This document shows positions 36,110 through 44,799 of a stretch of DNA of 64,000 nucleotides, in pieces; position 1 is the first letter of the stretch, and each line of letters begins with the position of its first letter. The position numbers were made by a program, and so were the translations under genes. The DNA comes from an uncultured Chloroflexia bacterium (GTDB taxonomy: Bacteria > Chloroflexota > Anaerolineae > Anaerolineales > E44-bin32). Location: contig CAWAND010000010.1 of the NCBI GenBank assembly GCA_963783335.1, positions 1,125,476 through 1,189,475 on the forward strand, given 5' to 3'. Under the pieces are notes generated by a model, which had not been told where the DNA came from, searched no databases, and worked only from the letters and a program-made list of their open reading frames with translations.

Positions 36110-36741
36110 AGCTCGGCGCCTACGTCATCTGGGCGGCAGTTGCTACGGCCACGGGCCTATTCGTCCTGCTGGGCTATTTCTTCCAACTCGACCTGCTTCT
36201 CGGGCTGCGCCTGCTGCTGATCCAATGGGCCGTCCTTCTCGCCGCGGGTGCGCTGTTCCTCGGCCTGTACAACTTGCTTTCTGTCCACTGGACCAAGGTC
36301 AGCCTGCAGGAAGGTGGTTGGCCCTACAGCGCGCTGCTGATTCTGATGTTCCTTGTCACCCTGGTGCTGGGATTGCTCTTTGGCCCTGACTATCAAGCGG
36401 TGATGCTTTTGTTCCGCTATGTCCAACTACCTGTCGAATCCAGCCTGTTGGCGCTGCTGGCGGTTTCGCTCACCCTGGCCGGGTTTCGTATGCTTTCACG
36501 CCGCCGTGACTTGGCCAGCCTGGTCTTCCTCGGCGCCGCCTTTCTGACTTTGCTCGGAACGGCGCCCTGGCCGGTAGGGGCGGATAGTTCGCTGGCGCTG
36601 CTGGTGGGTGACATGCGGGCATGGATGAGCCAAGTCGTCGCCGCCGGTGGGGCACGCGGCATTTTGCTCGGCGTCGCACTGGGCGCAATCACGACTGGAT
36701 TGCGGGTCCTGCTCGCATCCGACCGACCGTACGGGGACTAG
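36106..36741 (+). CDS. hypothetical polytopic membrane protein (211 aa)
   Basis: About 5-6 TM helices. 4-nt overlap upstream. Confidence 0.6.
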   Translation: MKLGAYVIWAAVATATGLFVLLGYFFQLDLLLGLRLLLIQWAVLLAAGALFLGLYNLLSVHWTKVSLQEGGWPYSALLILMFLVTLVLGLLFGPDYQAVMLLFRYVQLPVESSLLALLAVSLTLAGFRMLSRRRDLASLVFLGAAFLTLLGTAPWPVGADSSLALLVGDMRAWMSQVVAAGGARGILLGVALGAITTGLRVLLASDRPYGD

Positions 36742-36744
36742 TTG

Positions 36745-39156
36745 ATGGCCGAAATTCGCTGCCCAATGTGCAGCAAGCCCAACCCTGAAGACGCCGATAC
36801 TTGCTCCTTCTGCGGTGCACGGCTGAAGCCATTGGTGGCCGATTCGCCCGAGGAACCATCGCCAGTCGGCAGTCCACAAGAAGAGGGCCAGGGCGAGCCG
36901 GTCCCCGATTGGCTGGCGCGTGTCAGATCTAAGGCCGAAGCCGACCGCGGCGAGGATGACGAGGAGACCGACGTTCCGGAGTCGGCGGACGACGAAAGTG
37001 GATCTCCGGATTGGCTCGGACGGCTGCGTCAGGCTGAACCTCTCCAAGATGAAGGGCCACCCGAAGGGTATATTCCAGACTGGCTCGACGAATCTTCCGA
37101 AGACGCATCGGCCTCGCCCGAGACCGAGGTACCTCTCGAGCACGAAACCCCCGCCGAACACGAAGCGCAGGCCGGACCTCCCAGCCCCGACCGACCCGAG
37201 ACTGGCTGGTTGGATAGATTACGGGCAGAGTCGACTTCCGAGGTAACCTCCGAAGAATCCATCGACGAAGAGGACAGCTCCGCCCCCGAGCAGGAGCTCT
37301 TTGATCCGGGAGCGGGTGACGCCCTTGACTGGCTCGGAGACCTCGAAGAATCGGCTTCGGATGAGCCCGCGCCCGGCTCGGCGGCCGAAGGCGTTTCCCC
37401 TTGGGCCGATTATGAAACCCCGCCGGAGGCCGAAGGGGAGGTGTCCCTTGGGGGCGAGACACAGGCCGAAGCGCCGGATGATTGGCTGAGCGATCTAGGT
37501 GGTGAGGGCGGTGAGCCCGGCGGTCTGCCTGATTGGATCTCCGAGCTATCTGAACCCGGCGAAGGGGTGGGTGACGAGGCCGCGGCCAGTTTTGGGGGCG
37601 AAGACGAACTTCCCGCAAGCCCAGAATTCGAACCATCGCTTGGATCGGAGGAGTCCGGCCTGCCAGATCTCGAGGCCGAGCCTTTGGGGCCGCCAGGGGA
37701 GGATGCTGCTCCGTTGGAGCCAAGCGAGGTCATCGACGAGGGCCAGGCCGGGGACTTTGACTGGGATGAAGTCGAATTCGATTGGGACTCGGAAGAGATC
37801 CAGGACAAGCTCCCGGAGGAACCGTTGGAGGCTCCGGAACCCCCGGAGCCAGAGGCCGCCGAACTGCCGCACGTGCCCGCGCTGATCATGGGCGATGCGG
37901 ATGATGAGCCCAAGAGCGATGTACAGGATTTCGATCTCTCCACCGTAGAATTGCCGGATTGGCTGAGCGAGGTGCGCCCGGATGCAGGCGAGGGTGAAGC
38001 GGGGCGCGGCGATTTGGCACCAGCCACGATCCCAACTTGGCTCGAAGCCATGCGCCCGGTTGAAACCTTCCGGCCCGTGATCGATATCGAGCCCGAAGAG
38101 GAGCAGGCGGTCGAATCCGTCGGCCCGCTGGCGGGACTGCGCGGTGTCTTGTTGGCCGAACCCGTGGTGGCCAAGCCGCACACGGCCACGACCTCTGGCG
38201 CTCGCCTCGAAGTCACCGAACGTCAATTTGCTCAGGCTGAGCTGCTGCAGCGGATCGTGGAGCAAGAGGAGCATGAGATCCCGGCCACCGTCCAGGGAAA
38301 GCGAGCGTGGCCCGTGGCCCGCTGGCTGGTCAGCTTGATCATGCTGCTGGCAGTCCTGATTCCGGCGGTTGCCGGGGCGCCTGTGTTTCCCATCCCTCAG
38401 CGGGTTTCGCGTGATCTGGGCCCGCTGGTGGGAATCGTCAATACGCTGCCAACAGATCGCCCAATCCTGATGGTGTTCGACTTCGAACCTGGATACAGCG
38501 GCGAACTGGACGCTGTCGCCGAGCCGTTGATTGAAAGCCTGTTGGCGCGGGGGATCAACATCGTGACCGTGTCGACCCGGCCGACAGGGCCGCCGCTGGC
38601 CGTTGATTTGATTGACAAGATCGGAGCCCCTTATCAGATTGAGAACGGCCGCAACGTATTGCATCTGGGATATTTGTCCGGCGGACCGTCGGCCGTTCAG
38701 CTCTTTTCAGCTGCGCCCCGCGAAGCCATACTCAAGGGCTTTGAACTGCCTCCCGAAATGTCGGGGCAGTCGGCGTGGGCCTCCCCCTTGCTGAGCGATG
38801 TCCACAGCCTGTCGGACTTCGGCATGGTGGCCGTTGTGGCTGCCGGTACGGATACCGCCCGCACTTGGGCGGAGCAGGCGCATCCGTGGATGGGCGACAC
38901 GCCACTGGTGATGGTTTTGAGCCAGGGTGCGGAGCCGCTGATCCGTCCCTACTTCGAGTCGCTCACACCTCAGGTGAATGGCATCCTATCGGGTTTGCCC
39001 ACTGCGCTTGCCTATGAGCAACTCAACGGACGCCAAGGTATGGCCTTCAACCGCTGGAACGGGTTCGGGGCTGGGGCCTTCGCTGCCGAGTGGCTGATCC
39101 TGGCAGGAGCTGTCTACGGTGCGATTACCTGGTTCATGAGGAGACGCCGTGCCTGA
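36745..39156 (+). CDS. zinc-ribbon protein with a long acidic PDWL-repeat region and a C-terminal membrane-anchored domain
   Basis: CPMCSKPNPEDADTCSFCGARL zinc ribbon. About nine (P/L/G)(D/T)W(L/I) repeats in a D/E/P-rich region. TM helix, an approximately 270-aa domain, then a terminal TM helix. Confidence 0.7.
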   Translation: MAEIRCPMCSKPNPEDADTCSFCGARLKPLVADSPEEPSPVGSPQEEGQGEPVPDWLARVRSKAEADRGEDDEETDVPESADDESGSPDWLGRLRQAEPLQDEGPPEGYIPDWLDESSEDASASPETEVPLEHETPAEHEAQAGPPSPDRPETGWLDRLRAESTSEVTSEESIDEEDSSAPEQELFDPGAGDALDWLGDLEESASDEPAPGSAAEGVSPWADYETPPEAEGEVSLGGETQAEAPDDWLSDLGGEGGEPGGLPDWISELSEPGEGVGDEAAASFGGEDELPASPEFEPSLGSEESGLPDLEAEPLGPPGEDAAPLEPSEVIDEGQAGDFDWDEVEFDWDSEEIQDKLPEEPLEAPEPPEPEAAELPHVPALIMGDADDEPKSDVQDFDLSTVELPDWLSEVRPDAGEGEAGRGDLAPATIPTWLEAMRPVETFRPVIDIEPEEEQAVESVGPLAGLRGVLLAEPVVAKPHTATTSGARLEVTERQFAQAELLQRIVEQEEHEIPATVQGKRAWPVARWLVSLIMLLAVLIPAVAGAPVFPIPQRVSRDLGPLVGIVNTLPTDRPILMVFDFEPGYSGELDAVAEPLIESLLARGINIVTVSTRPTGPPLAVDLIDKIGAPYQIENGRNVLHLGYLSGGPSAVQLFSAAPREAILKGFELPPEMSGQSAWASPLLSDVHSLSDFGMVAVVAAGTDTARTWAEQAHPWMGDTPLVMVLSQGAEPLIRPYFESLTPQVNGILSGLPTALAYEQLNGRQGMAFNRWNGFGAGAFAAEWLILAGAVYGAITWFMRRRRA

Positions 39157-39850
39157 GCTCTCGGCCGATCTTTTCGGGGGCCTGCTGGCCTGGGTGCTGA
39201 CCCTGATGGTGCTCAGCTTTCTCATTCGGGACAACCCGCTTTTTCGGGTTGCGACCTACCTGTTTGTCGGTGTTGCTTCAGGATACGCCGGCGCCATCGC
39301 CTGGCACAATGTTCTCGAGCCTGCCCTCATTGACCCCGTGATCACTCGCGGCCCAGGGGCGCTGTTGGACGTAACCCTGATTGTTCCCTGGGTGCTGCTT
39401 CTGCTGCTGTTGTTCAAACTCTCACCGGCGACTTCTCGGTTGGGCAGTGTGTCCACTGCGCTGCTGGTGGGCGTGGGTGCCGGCGTTGTGGTCGGAGGAG
39501 CAATTACCGGAACCTTGATCCCCCAGTCGGTCGCAGCCATGGCCACCTTGAGCCCCGCGGCAGTAACGCCGACCACAGGCGAGACCGGACTCGAGCGCAG
39601 TTTCAGCGTCTTGGTACTGCTGGTCGGCACCGTCAGCACGCTGGTCTACTTCCAATTCACTGCCCGAAAGACGGCGACAGGTGAAGCGCAGCGGGCCGCC
39701 GTGGTCAATATCGTGGCTTGGGTGGGCCGACTTTTCATCGCCGTGACCTTTGGCGTAATGTACGCTGGGGTCTTGATGGCCACGTTGGTTATTCTGTCGG
39801 AAAGGATCCAGTTCTTGGTAGCCTTTGTTGCCCGATTCTTCACAGGCTGA
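39149..39850 (+). CDS. hypothetical polytopic membrane protein (233 aa)
   Basis: About 6 TM helices. 8-nt overlap upstream. Confidence 0.6.
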   Translation: MPELSADLFGGLLAWVLTLMVLSFLIRDNPLFRVATYLFVGVASGYAGAIAWHNVLEPALIDPVITRGPGALLDVTLIVPWVLLLLLLFKLSPATSRLGSVSTALLVGVGAGVVVGGAITGTLIPQSVAAMATLSPAAVTPTTGETGLERSFSVLVLLVGTVSTLVYFQFTARKTATGEAQRAAVVNIVAWVGRLFIAVTFGVMYAGVLMATLVILSERIQFLVAFVARFFTG

Positions 39851-39859
39851 GCGAGGTCT

Positions 39860-41620
39860 ATGAGCGCCAACATCGAGCCCGATACCCTGCTCGCGATCGA
39901 CGTCGGCAGCGTGCACACCCGTGCCAGTCTGTTCGATGTGGTGGAAGGCCGCTATCGTCTTGTGGCCTCTGGCAGGGCACTGTCGACCGCCGGCCCGCCA
40001 TTGTTTGACGTGCGGGAAGGTGTCCGCATCGCGCTCGATCAACTGCAAGCTGTCACGGGCAGGAAGATGATCGATGACACCGAGACGCTCATCATGCCGG
40101 TCACAGGGGGCGGGATGGGGGTGGACATCTGCGTGGCGACCGGATCGGCCGGCCCCACCCTGAAGGCCGTGCTGGTCGGCCTGATGGATGACATTTCGCT
40201 CGAGAGCGGCCGCCGGTTGGCCGAATCAACCTACCTGACGCTGATCGAAGAAATCGGCCTTACCGACCGCCGTGGGGAGGACGAGAAACTGGACTCGATC
40301 CTCAGGGCGAAGCCAGACGTGTTGTTGGTGGTCGGCGGAACGGACGGCGGCGCGGCAGCCTCTGTTCTTTCGATGGTCGATCTGGTCAGCCTTTCGACGG
40401 GATTGATGCCGGACGGCAACCGGCCGCACGTCGTGTTTGCTGGGAACCGGGCGCTGGCGGCTCACGTGGCCGAACGTTTTACCGAAGCCACACCGGTCGC
40501 ATTGACGGCCAATATTCGTCCCGATCTGGAACAAGAAGATTTGGCGCCGGCTCGTACCAGGCTGGCCGAGGTCTTGTCTGAGTCCCGGGCGAGCAAAGTG
40601 GCCGGGTATGACGAACTGGTGCAATGGAGCGGCGGCCACATGATGCAGACGGCCGACGCCTTTGGCCGGGTGATTCGCTATCTAAGCCAGGTCTATGACC
40701 CCGCCAAGGGTGTGTTGGGGATCGACCTGGGAGGCAGCCATACCACGCTGGCGGCTGGCTTTTCAGGTGACCTGAGGCTGAGTGTCCGCTCGGATATGGG
40801 CCTGGGAGAGTCTCTTCCTGGTCTCATTCAGCACACAAAATTGGAGAGTATCAGCCGCTGGCTGCCAGAGGAGATCTCCGACGCCGACATTCTGAATTAT
40901 GTCCACAACAAGGCCAACTATCCGGCGACCATCCCGGCCGAGAAGGATGAACTCTATCTTGAATTCGCCCTTGCCAGAGAGATTATGCGCAGTTCGCTCA
41001 AGCTGGCCCGCAGGGGCTGGCCGAGGAAAGGCAAACTACGAGATTCGATCTTGCTGCCGCCGATGGAGCCCATTTTGGCCGCCGGAGGGATCCTGGCTCG
41101 CGCGCCGCATCCTGGCTATGCCGCTCTGGCTATCCTGGATGCCTTTCAACCCGTGGGGATCACAACCCTTGTCCTGGACCCTCATGGTCTGACGCCTGCT
41201 CTAGGAGTCGCCGCCGGACCGGCGCCAATGGTGAGTGTGCAGGTGTTGAACAGCGGCAATTATGTCAGCTTGGGGACGGTTGTCTCCCCCGTGGGTGGTG
41301 GAAAGTTGGGCCGCCCGGCCCTGCGAGTGCGGTTGGATAAAGAAAGTGAAGGTGAGGGCATGGAAGGGGAGGTCCGCGCCGGCCAGCTGGTCATCCTGCC
41401 GCTTGGACTGGGTGAAACCGGCCGCTTGACGCTGCGTCCCGAAAAGGGCTTCGACGTCGGCTTCGGCGGGCCCGGCAAAGCTGGTGCGCTGCGTGTGTCA
41501 GGCGGAATTCTTGGGTTGATTATCGACGCACGCGGGCGGCCGTTGCCTTTGCCGCTGGATCCCGAGGCACGGCGCGAGTTGGCCAGCAAGTGGCTCTGGG
41601 ATATCGGGGTGCGAGAATGA
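39860..41620 (+). CDS. GlmL/MutL-family actin-fold (ASKHA) ATPase-like protein
   Basis: LLAIDVGSVHTRASLFD (phosphate-1 motif), LLVVGGTDGG, and GIDLGGSHTT (second actin-fold lobe). Confidence 0.65.
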   Translation: MSANIEPDTLLAIDVGSVHTRASLFDVVEGRYRLVASGRALSTAGPPLFDVREGVRIALDQLQAVTGRKMIDDTETLIMPVTGGGMGVDICVATGSAGPTLKAVLVGLMDDISLESGRRLAESTYLTLIEEIGLTDRRGEDEKLDSILRAKPDVLLVVGGTDGGAAASVLSMVDLVSLSTGLMPDGNRPHVVFAGNRALAAHVAERFTEATPVALTANIRPDLEQEDLAPARTRLAEVLSESRASKVAGYDELVQWSGGHMMQTADAFGRVIRYLSQVYDPAKGVLGIDLGGSHTTLAAGFSGDLRLSVRSDMGLGESLPGLIQHTKLESISRWLPEEISDADILNYVHNKANYPATIPAEKDELYLEFALAREIMRSSLKLARRGWPRKGKLRDSILLPPMEPILAAGGILARAPHPGYAALAILDAFQPVGITTLVLDPHGLTPALGVAAGPAPMVSVQVLNSGNYVSLGTVVSPVGGGKLGRPALRVRLDKESEGEGMEGEVRAGQLVILPLGLGETGRLTLRPEKGFDVGFGGPGKAGALRVSGGILGLIIDARGRPLPLPLDPEARRELASKWLWDIGVRE

Positions 41621-41661
41621 CGCATTTGGCATCGTTCTTGCATCATTGGGCCTGAGGCTAT

Positions 41662-42729
41662 ATGGCGATTACATATCTTCCCCCTGTGCGGCACGTCCTG
41701 CCGCTAACCACGGTACGCCGAACGCGGGAACTTCCCGCAGCCGGCGCGGTCACGGTGCGCGTCAACGAAAAGGTCCAGGCCCAAGACGTTCTGGGTGAGG
41801 CCGAGGTGGCCCCCAGGCACTTCTTCCTGGATTTGGCTCGTGGCCTGGGTGTGTCCGAACTTCAGGTTCAGAAGTATCTGGTTAAACAAGCGGGAGACCT
41901 GGTGAACGCCGACGAGATCATCGCTGGCCCTGCCGGCGTGGCCAGGCGCACTGTCCGTGCGCCTTCGGATGGCCGGATCATCAGCTTCACTGGCGGCAAG
42001 GTCCTGTTCCAATCACGCGGCCGGATGGTCGAAGTCAAGGCCGGATTCCCGGGCTTGGTCATTGCCACCGACGGTGTGCAGCGGATCACACTCGAGACCA
42101 CGGGTGCCCTTATTCAGGGCGTTTGGGGGAACGGTAAGCAGGACTATGGCCTGATGCGCATGGTGGGCGATGGCCCTCGAAGCCGTCTACAGACGCGATT
42201 GATGGACATTCAACTGCGCGGAGCCGTGATTGTTGCTGGCCAGTGCGACCACCCGGCACCTCTCCATCAAGCCGGAGAGCTGTCCCTGCGAGGCCTTATC
42301 TTGGGGGGCATGGCTGCCGCTTTGATCCCCATGGCACGGCGCCTTCCTTACCCGATTGTCGTCCTGGGCGGCTTTGGGGATTTCCCCATTAGCGCGCCGA
42401 TCTTCAACCTGCTGGCGAGCAACGCCGGCCGTGAAGTTGCCGTTGAAGGAAGAACGCCTTCATCGTATGAGATCTATCGGCCGGAAGTCATTATTCCGCT
42501 CCCATCGGATCGGAGCGTTGATTTGCCAGAAGACGTGATCCCGCTTGGCCCAGGTGTGCGCGTGCGTATCTTACGAGCTCCCTTGCAAGGGGTTGTCGGC
42601 GAAGTGCGCGAAATCTTGCCCAGAGCCGAAGAAATGCCTAGCGGAATGCTCGCCCGAAGTGCCGTCGTGTCGATTGAGGGATCGGCACCAGCCAGGGTCC
42701 CCCTGGCAAACCTGGAAGTGTTGGGCTAA
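41662..42729 (+). CDS. hypothetical protein (355 aa) with barrel-sandwich-like N-terminal part and KOW-like C-terminus
   Basis: The ORF is intact. Fold assignment rests on weak pattern resemblance only. Confidence 0.45.
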   Translation: MAITYLPPVRHVLPLTTVRRTRELPAAGAVTVRVNEKVQAQDVLGEAEVAPRHFFLDLARGLGVSELQVQKYLVKQAGDLVNADEIIAGPAGVARRTVRAPSDGRIISFTGGKVLFQSRGRMVEVKAGFPGLVIATDGVQRITLETTGALIQGVWGNGKQDYGLMRMVGDGPRSRLQTRLMDIQLRGAVIVAGQCDHPAPLHQAGELSLRGLILGGMAAALIPMARRLPYPIVVLGGFGDFPISAPIFNLLASNAGREVAVEGRTPSSYEIYRPEVIIPLPSDRSVDLPEDVIPLGPGVRVRILRAPLQGVVGEVREILPRAEEMPSGMLARSAVVSIEGSAPARVPLANLEVLG

Positions 42730-42784
42730 ACAGCAGCGTCGCCCGGAGAATTGACATCCGGCTGAAGCGCGAGGAGAGAAGACC

Positions 42785-43330
42785 ATGGCAGAAGATTTCG
42801 AAGTCGGTGGCCCCCTGCCCGAGGAATCATCCAATCGGACGTTTCTGATCGCAGCAGCCGGAATCGGCGGCCTGCTCGTCCTGAGCATGATCTGTCTGGG
42901 GGTGTATGCGCTTGTCCTGGCGCCGCGTCAGCAGCAGGCGCGGGTGGAGCAGGCGACCCAAATCGTGCTCCAGAACACGCAGGTGGCCCAGTCTCTAACG
43001 CAGACTGCCGCCGCCGGCCGGGCAACCCAAACCCCCACGCCGTCGGAGACACCCGTGCCAAACACGCCCACGGCGACCGCCACGCAGGTGGTGGTCATTC
43101 CGACCGACACACCCTTCACGACATTTGGCACCTCCGCGCCGCTGACGTCGACCGCCGCCGCACAGCAAACTCTTGACGCAGCGCAGCAGACGACCCCGAC
43201 GGCGACGCCGACCGCTTTGCCCGCCACGGGTTTTGCCGACGAGGCCGGATTGCCCACATTGTTCCTGCTCGCCCTTGGCCTGCTGGCAGTCGTTATCGTC
43301 GCTCGAGGCATACGAACCAGAACGTCCTGA
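42785..43330 (+). CDS. Thr/Pro/Ala-rich surface protein with N-terminal TM helix and C-terminal LPXTG-like sorting signal
   Basis: LPATG at 43217-43231, followed by the hydrophobic stretch LPTLFLLALGLLAVVIVA and a basic tail RGIRTRTS. Confidence 0.6.
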   Translation: MAEDFEVGGPLPEESSNRTFLIAAAGIGGLLVLSMICLGVYALVLAPRQQQARVEQATQIVLQNTQVAQSLTQTAAAGRATQTPTPSETPVPNTPTATATQVVVIPTDTPFTTFGTSAPLTSTAAAQQTLDAAQQTTPTATPTALPATGFADEAGLPTLFLLALGLLAVVIVARGIRTRTS

Positions 43331-43378
43331 ATTCGATCTTCTCGCGCGATCCGCACAGGACCTTTACCGCAGGGCCAG

Positions 43379-44794
43379 ATGGTTTTGGCCCTGCGGTTGC
43401 CTTGTGGGATAATGGCGCCGCACCGGTTGGCTTTGTTCCCAAAGGATGATCCATTGGCTCCCAAATCTGCTTCTCAGGCCTGGGCAGAGCTCCCCTTCCC
43501 CAATTTGGCGCGCCAGGTGCTTGAAGACCTGGCGGCGGGCCGTTGTGCGGCCGTAGTGGGGCTCAGCAACACCGGCAAGTCGACTTTTATGCGCGGCCTG
43601 GCCACGGCACCTGCTCAATCTGCGTACGAAACGGTGCGCGGGCGGCCGGGCCGTCTGCTGTACGTGGACTGCAATCGGGCCGTGGCCATTTCGGTGCAGG
43701 CCTTCTATGAGGTGGTGTTGCGATCGTTGTTGGAAGCGCTGGTGGAGGATGCCTCACCGGAGCTGTACGATCGGCTGCGGGCCTACCATGCTTCGATCAC
43801 GGAAGCCGGGAATGAGTTTGGCGCTTCCCTCTCCTTCAACCTCGCGTTGAGCGACTTGTGTCAGGAACTTGGGAGCGATCTCTGTTTGCTGGTAGATGAA
43901 TTTGATGAGATCTACACTGCCCTGGAAGACCGGGCGCTTCTAAATATGCGCGCCTTGCGGGATCGATTCCCCGACCGGCTGTTGTTTGTCACGGCGACCG
44001 TGCGGCGGCTGCCGGGACTGAGGGGGCGGGTGGTGGAGGATGAGTTTGCCGAGATGTTCTCCCAGTCAACGCATGTGCTGCCCGGCCTGACAAGGGATGA
44101 TGTCGATCCGATCCTGGCCGCCATGGGCATCGAACTCACCGGCTCTCAACCCGAAATCTCCTACGAACTCTCTGGGGGTCATCCCGGCCTCCTGATCGCC
44201 GTGGCGCAGGCACTGTCTGGGACGGACACCGAAGATCTACAAATGGGGTTGACCCTCGTCAGCCGTGAGCCGCAGCCCCGGGCGGAGTGCCTGAAGATTT
44301 GGAATCAACTTAGTGAAGAAGAGCGCGGTTGGCTGGCGACGTTGGTCACGCAGGCCGAGAGCCGGCTCCCAGCACCGCAAATGGGTCAGCTTGAGAGCCT
44401 AGGTCTGGTGCACAAGGGAGAAGTCTTCTCGCCCGTGCTGGCAGGCTTTGTGGGACGGCGATCCCGCGCACCCGGTGTCGGAGATCAGGGGATCCACCTT
44501 GATCCGGATTCGGGCGATGTGTGGGTGGACGGTGTGCGGATTCCGGTGCTCACCGACCTTGAATACCGGCTGATGGCTCTGCTGGATGAGCGACGAGACA
44601 AGGTCACAGACAAATACAAGATCGTGACCACGGTTTGGGGAGAGGACTACTTGGGGGACGTCGACGATGCACGCGTCGAAAAACTTGTCAGCCGGTTGAG
44701 GGGAAAGATAGAAAGCGATCCGTCGAATCCGCGCTATTTGGTGACCCTGAGAGGGCGGGGTTACAAACTCCTGACCCGACCCAAGAAGGGCTGA
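43379..44794 (+). CDS. P-loop ATPase (AAA/STAND-like) fused to a C-terminal OmpR/PhoB-type winged-helix DNA-binding domain
   Basis: Walker A GLSNTGKST, Walker B LCLLVDEFDE, and C-terminal LTDLEYRLMALL...LVTLRGRGYKL. Start ambiguous (43379 or 43412). Confidence 0.7.
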   Translation: MVLALRLPCGIMAPHRLALFPKDDPLAPKSASQAWAELPFPNLARQVLEDLAAGRCAAVVGLSNTGKSTFMRGLATAPAQSAYETVRGRPGRLLYVDCNRAVAISVQAFYEVVLRSLLEALVEDASPELYDRLRAYHASITEAGNEFGASLSFNLALSDLCQELGSDLCLLVDEFDEIYTALEDRALLNMRALRDRFPDRLLFVTATVRRLPGLRGRVVEDEFAEMFSQSTHVLPGLTRDDVDPILAAMGIELTGSQPEISYELSGGHPGLLIAVAQALSGTDTEDLQMGLTLVSREPQPRAECLKIWNQLSEEERGWLATLVTQAESRLPAPQMGQLESLGLVHKGEVFSPVLAGFVGRRSRAPGVGDQGIHLDPDSGDVWVDGVRIPVLTDLEYRLMALLDERRDKVTDKYKIVTTVWGEDYLGDVDDARVEKLVSRLRGKIESDPSNPRYLVTLRGRGYKLLTRPKKG

Positions 44795-44799
44795 AGATT

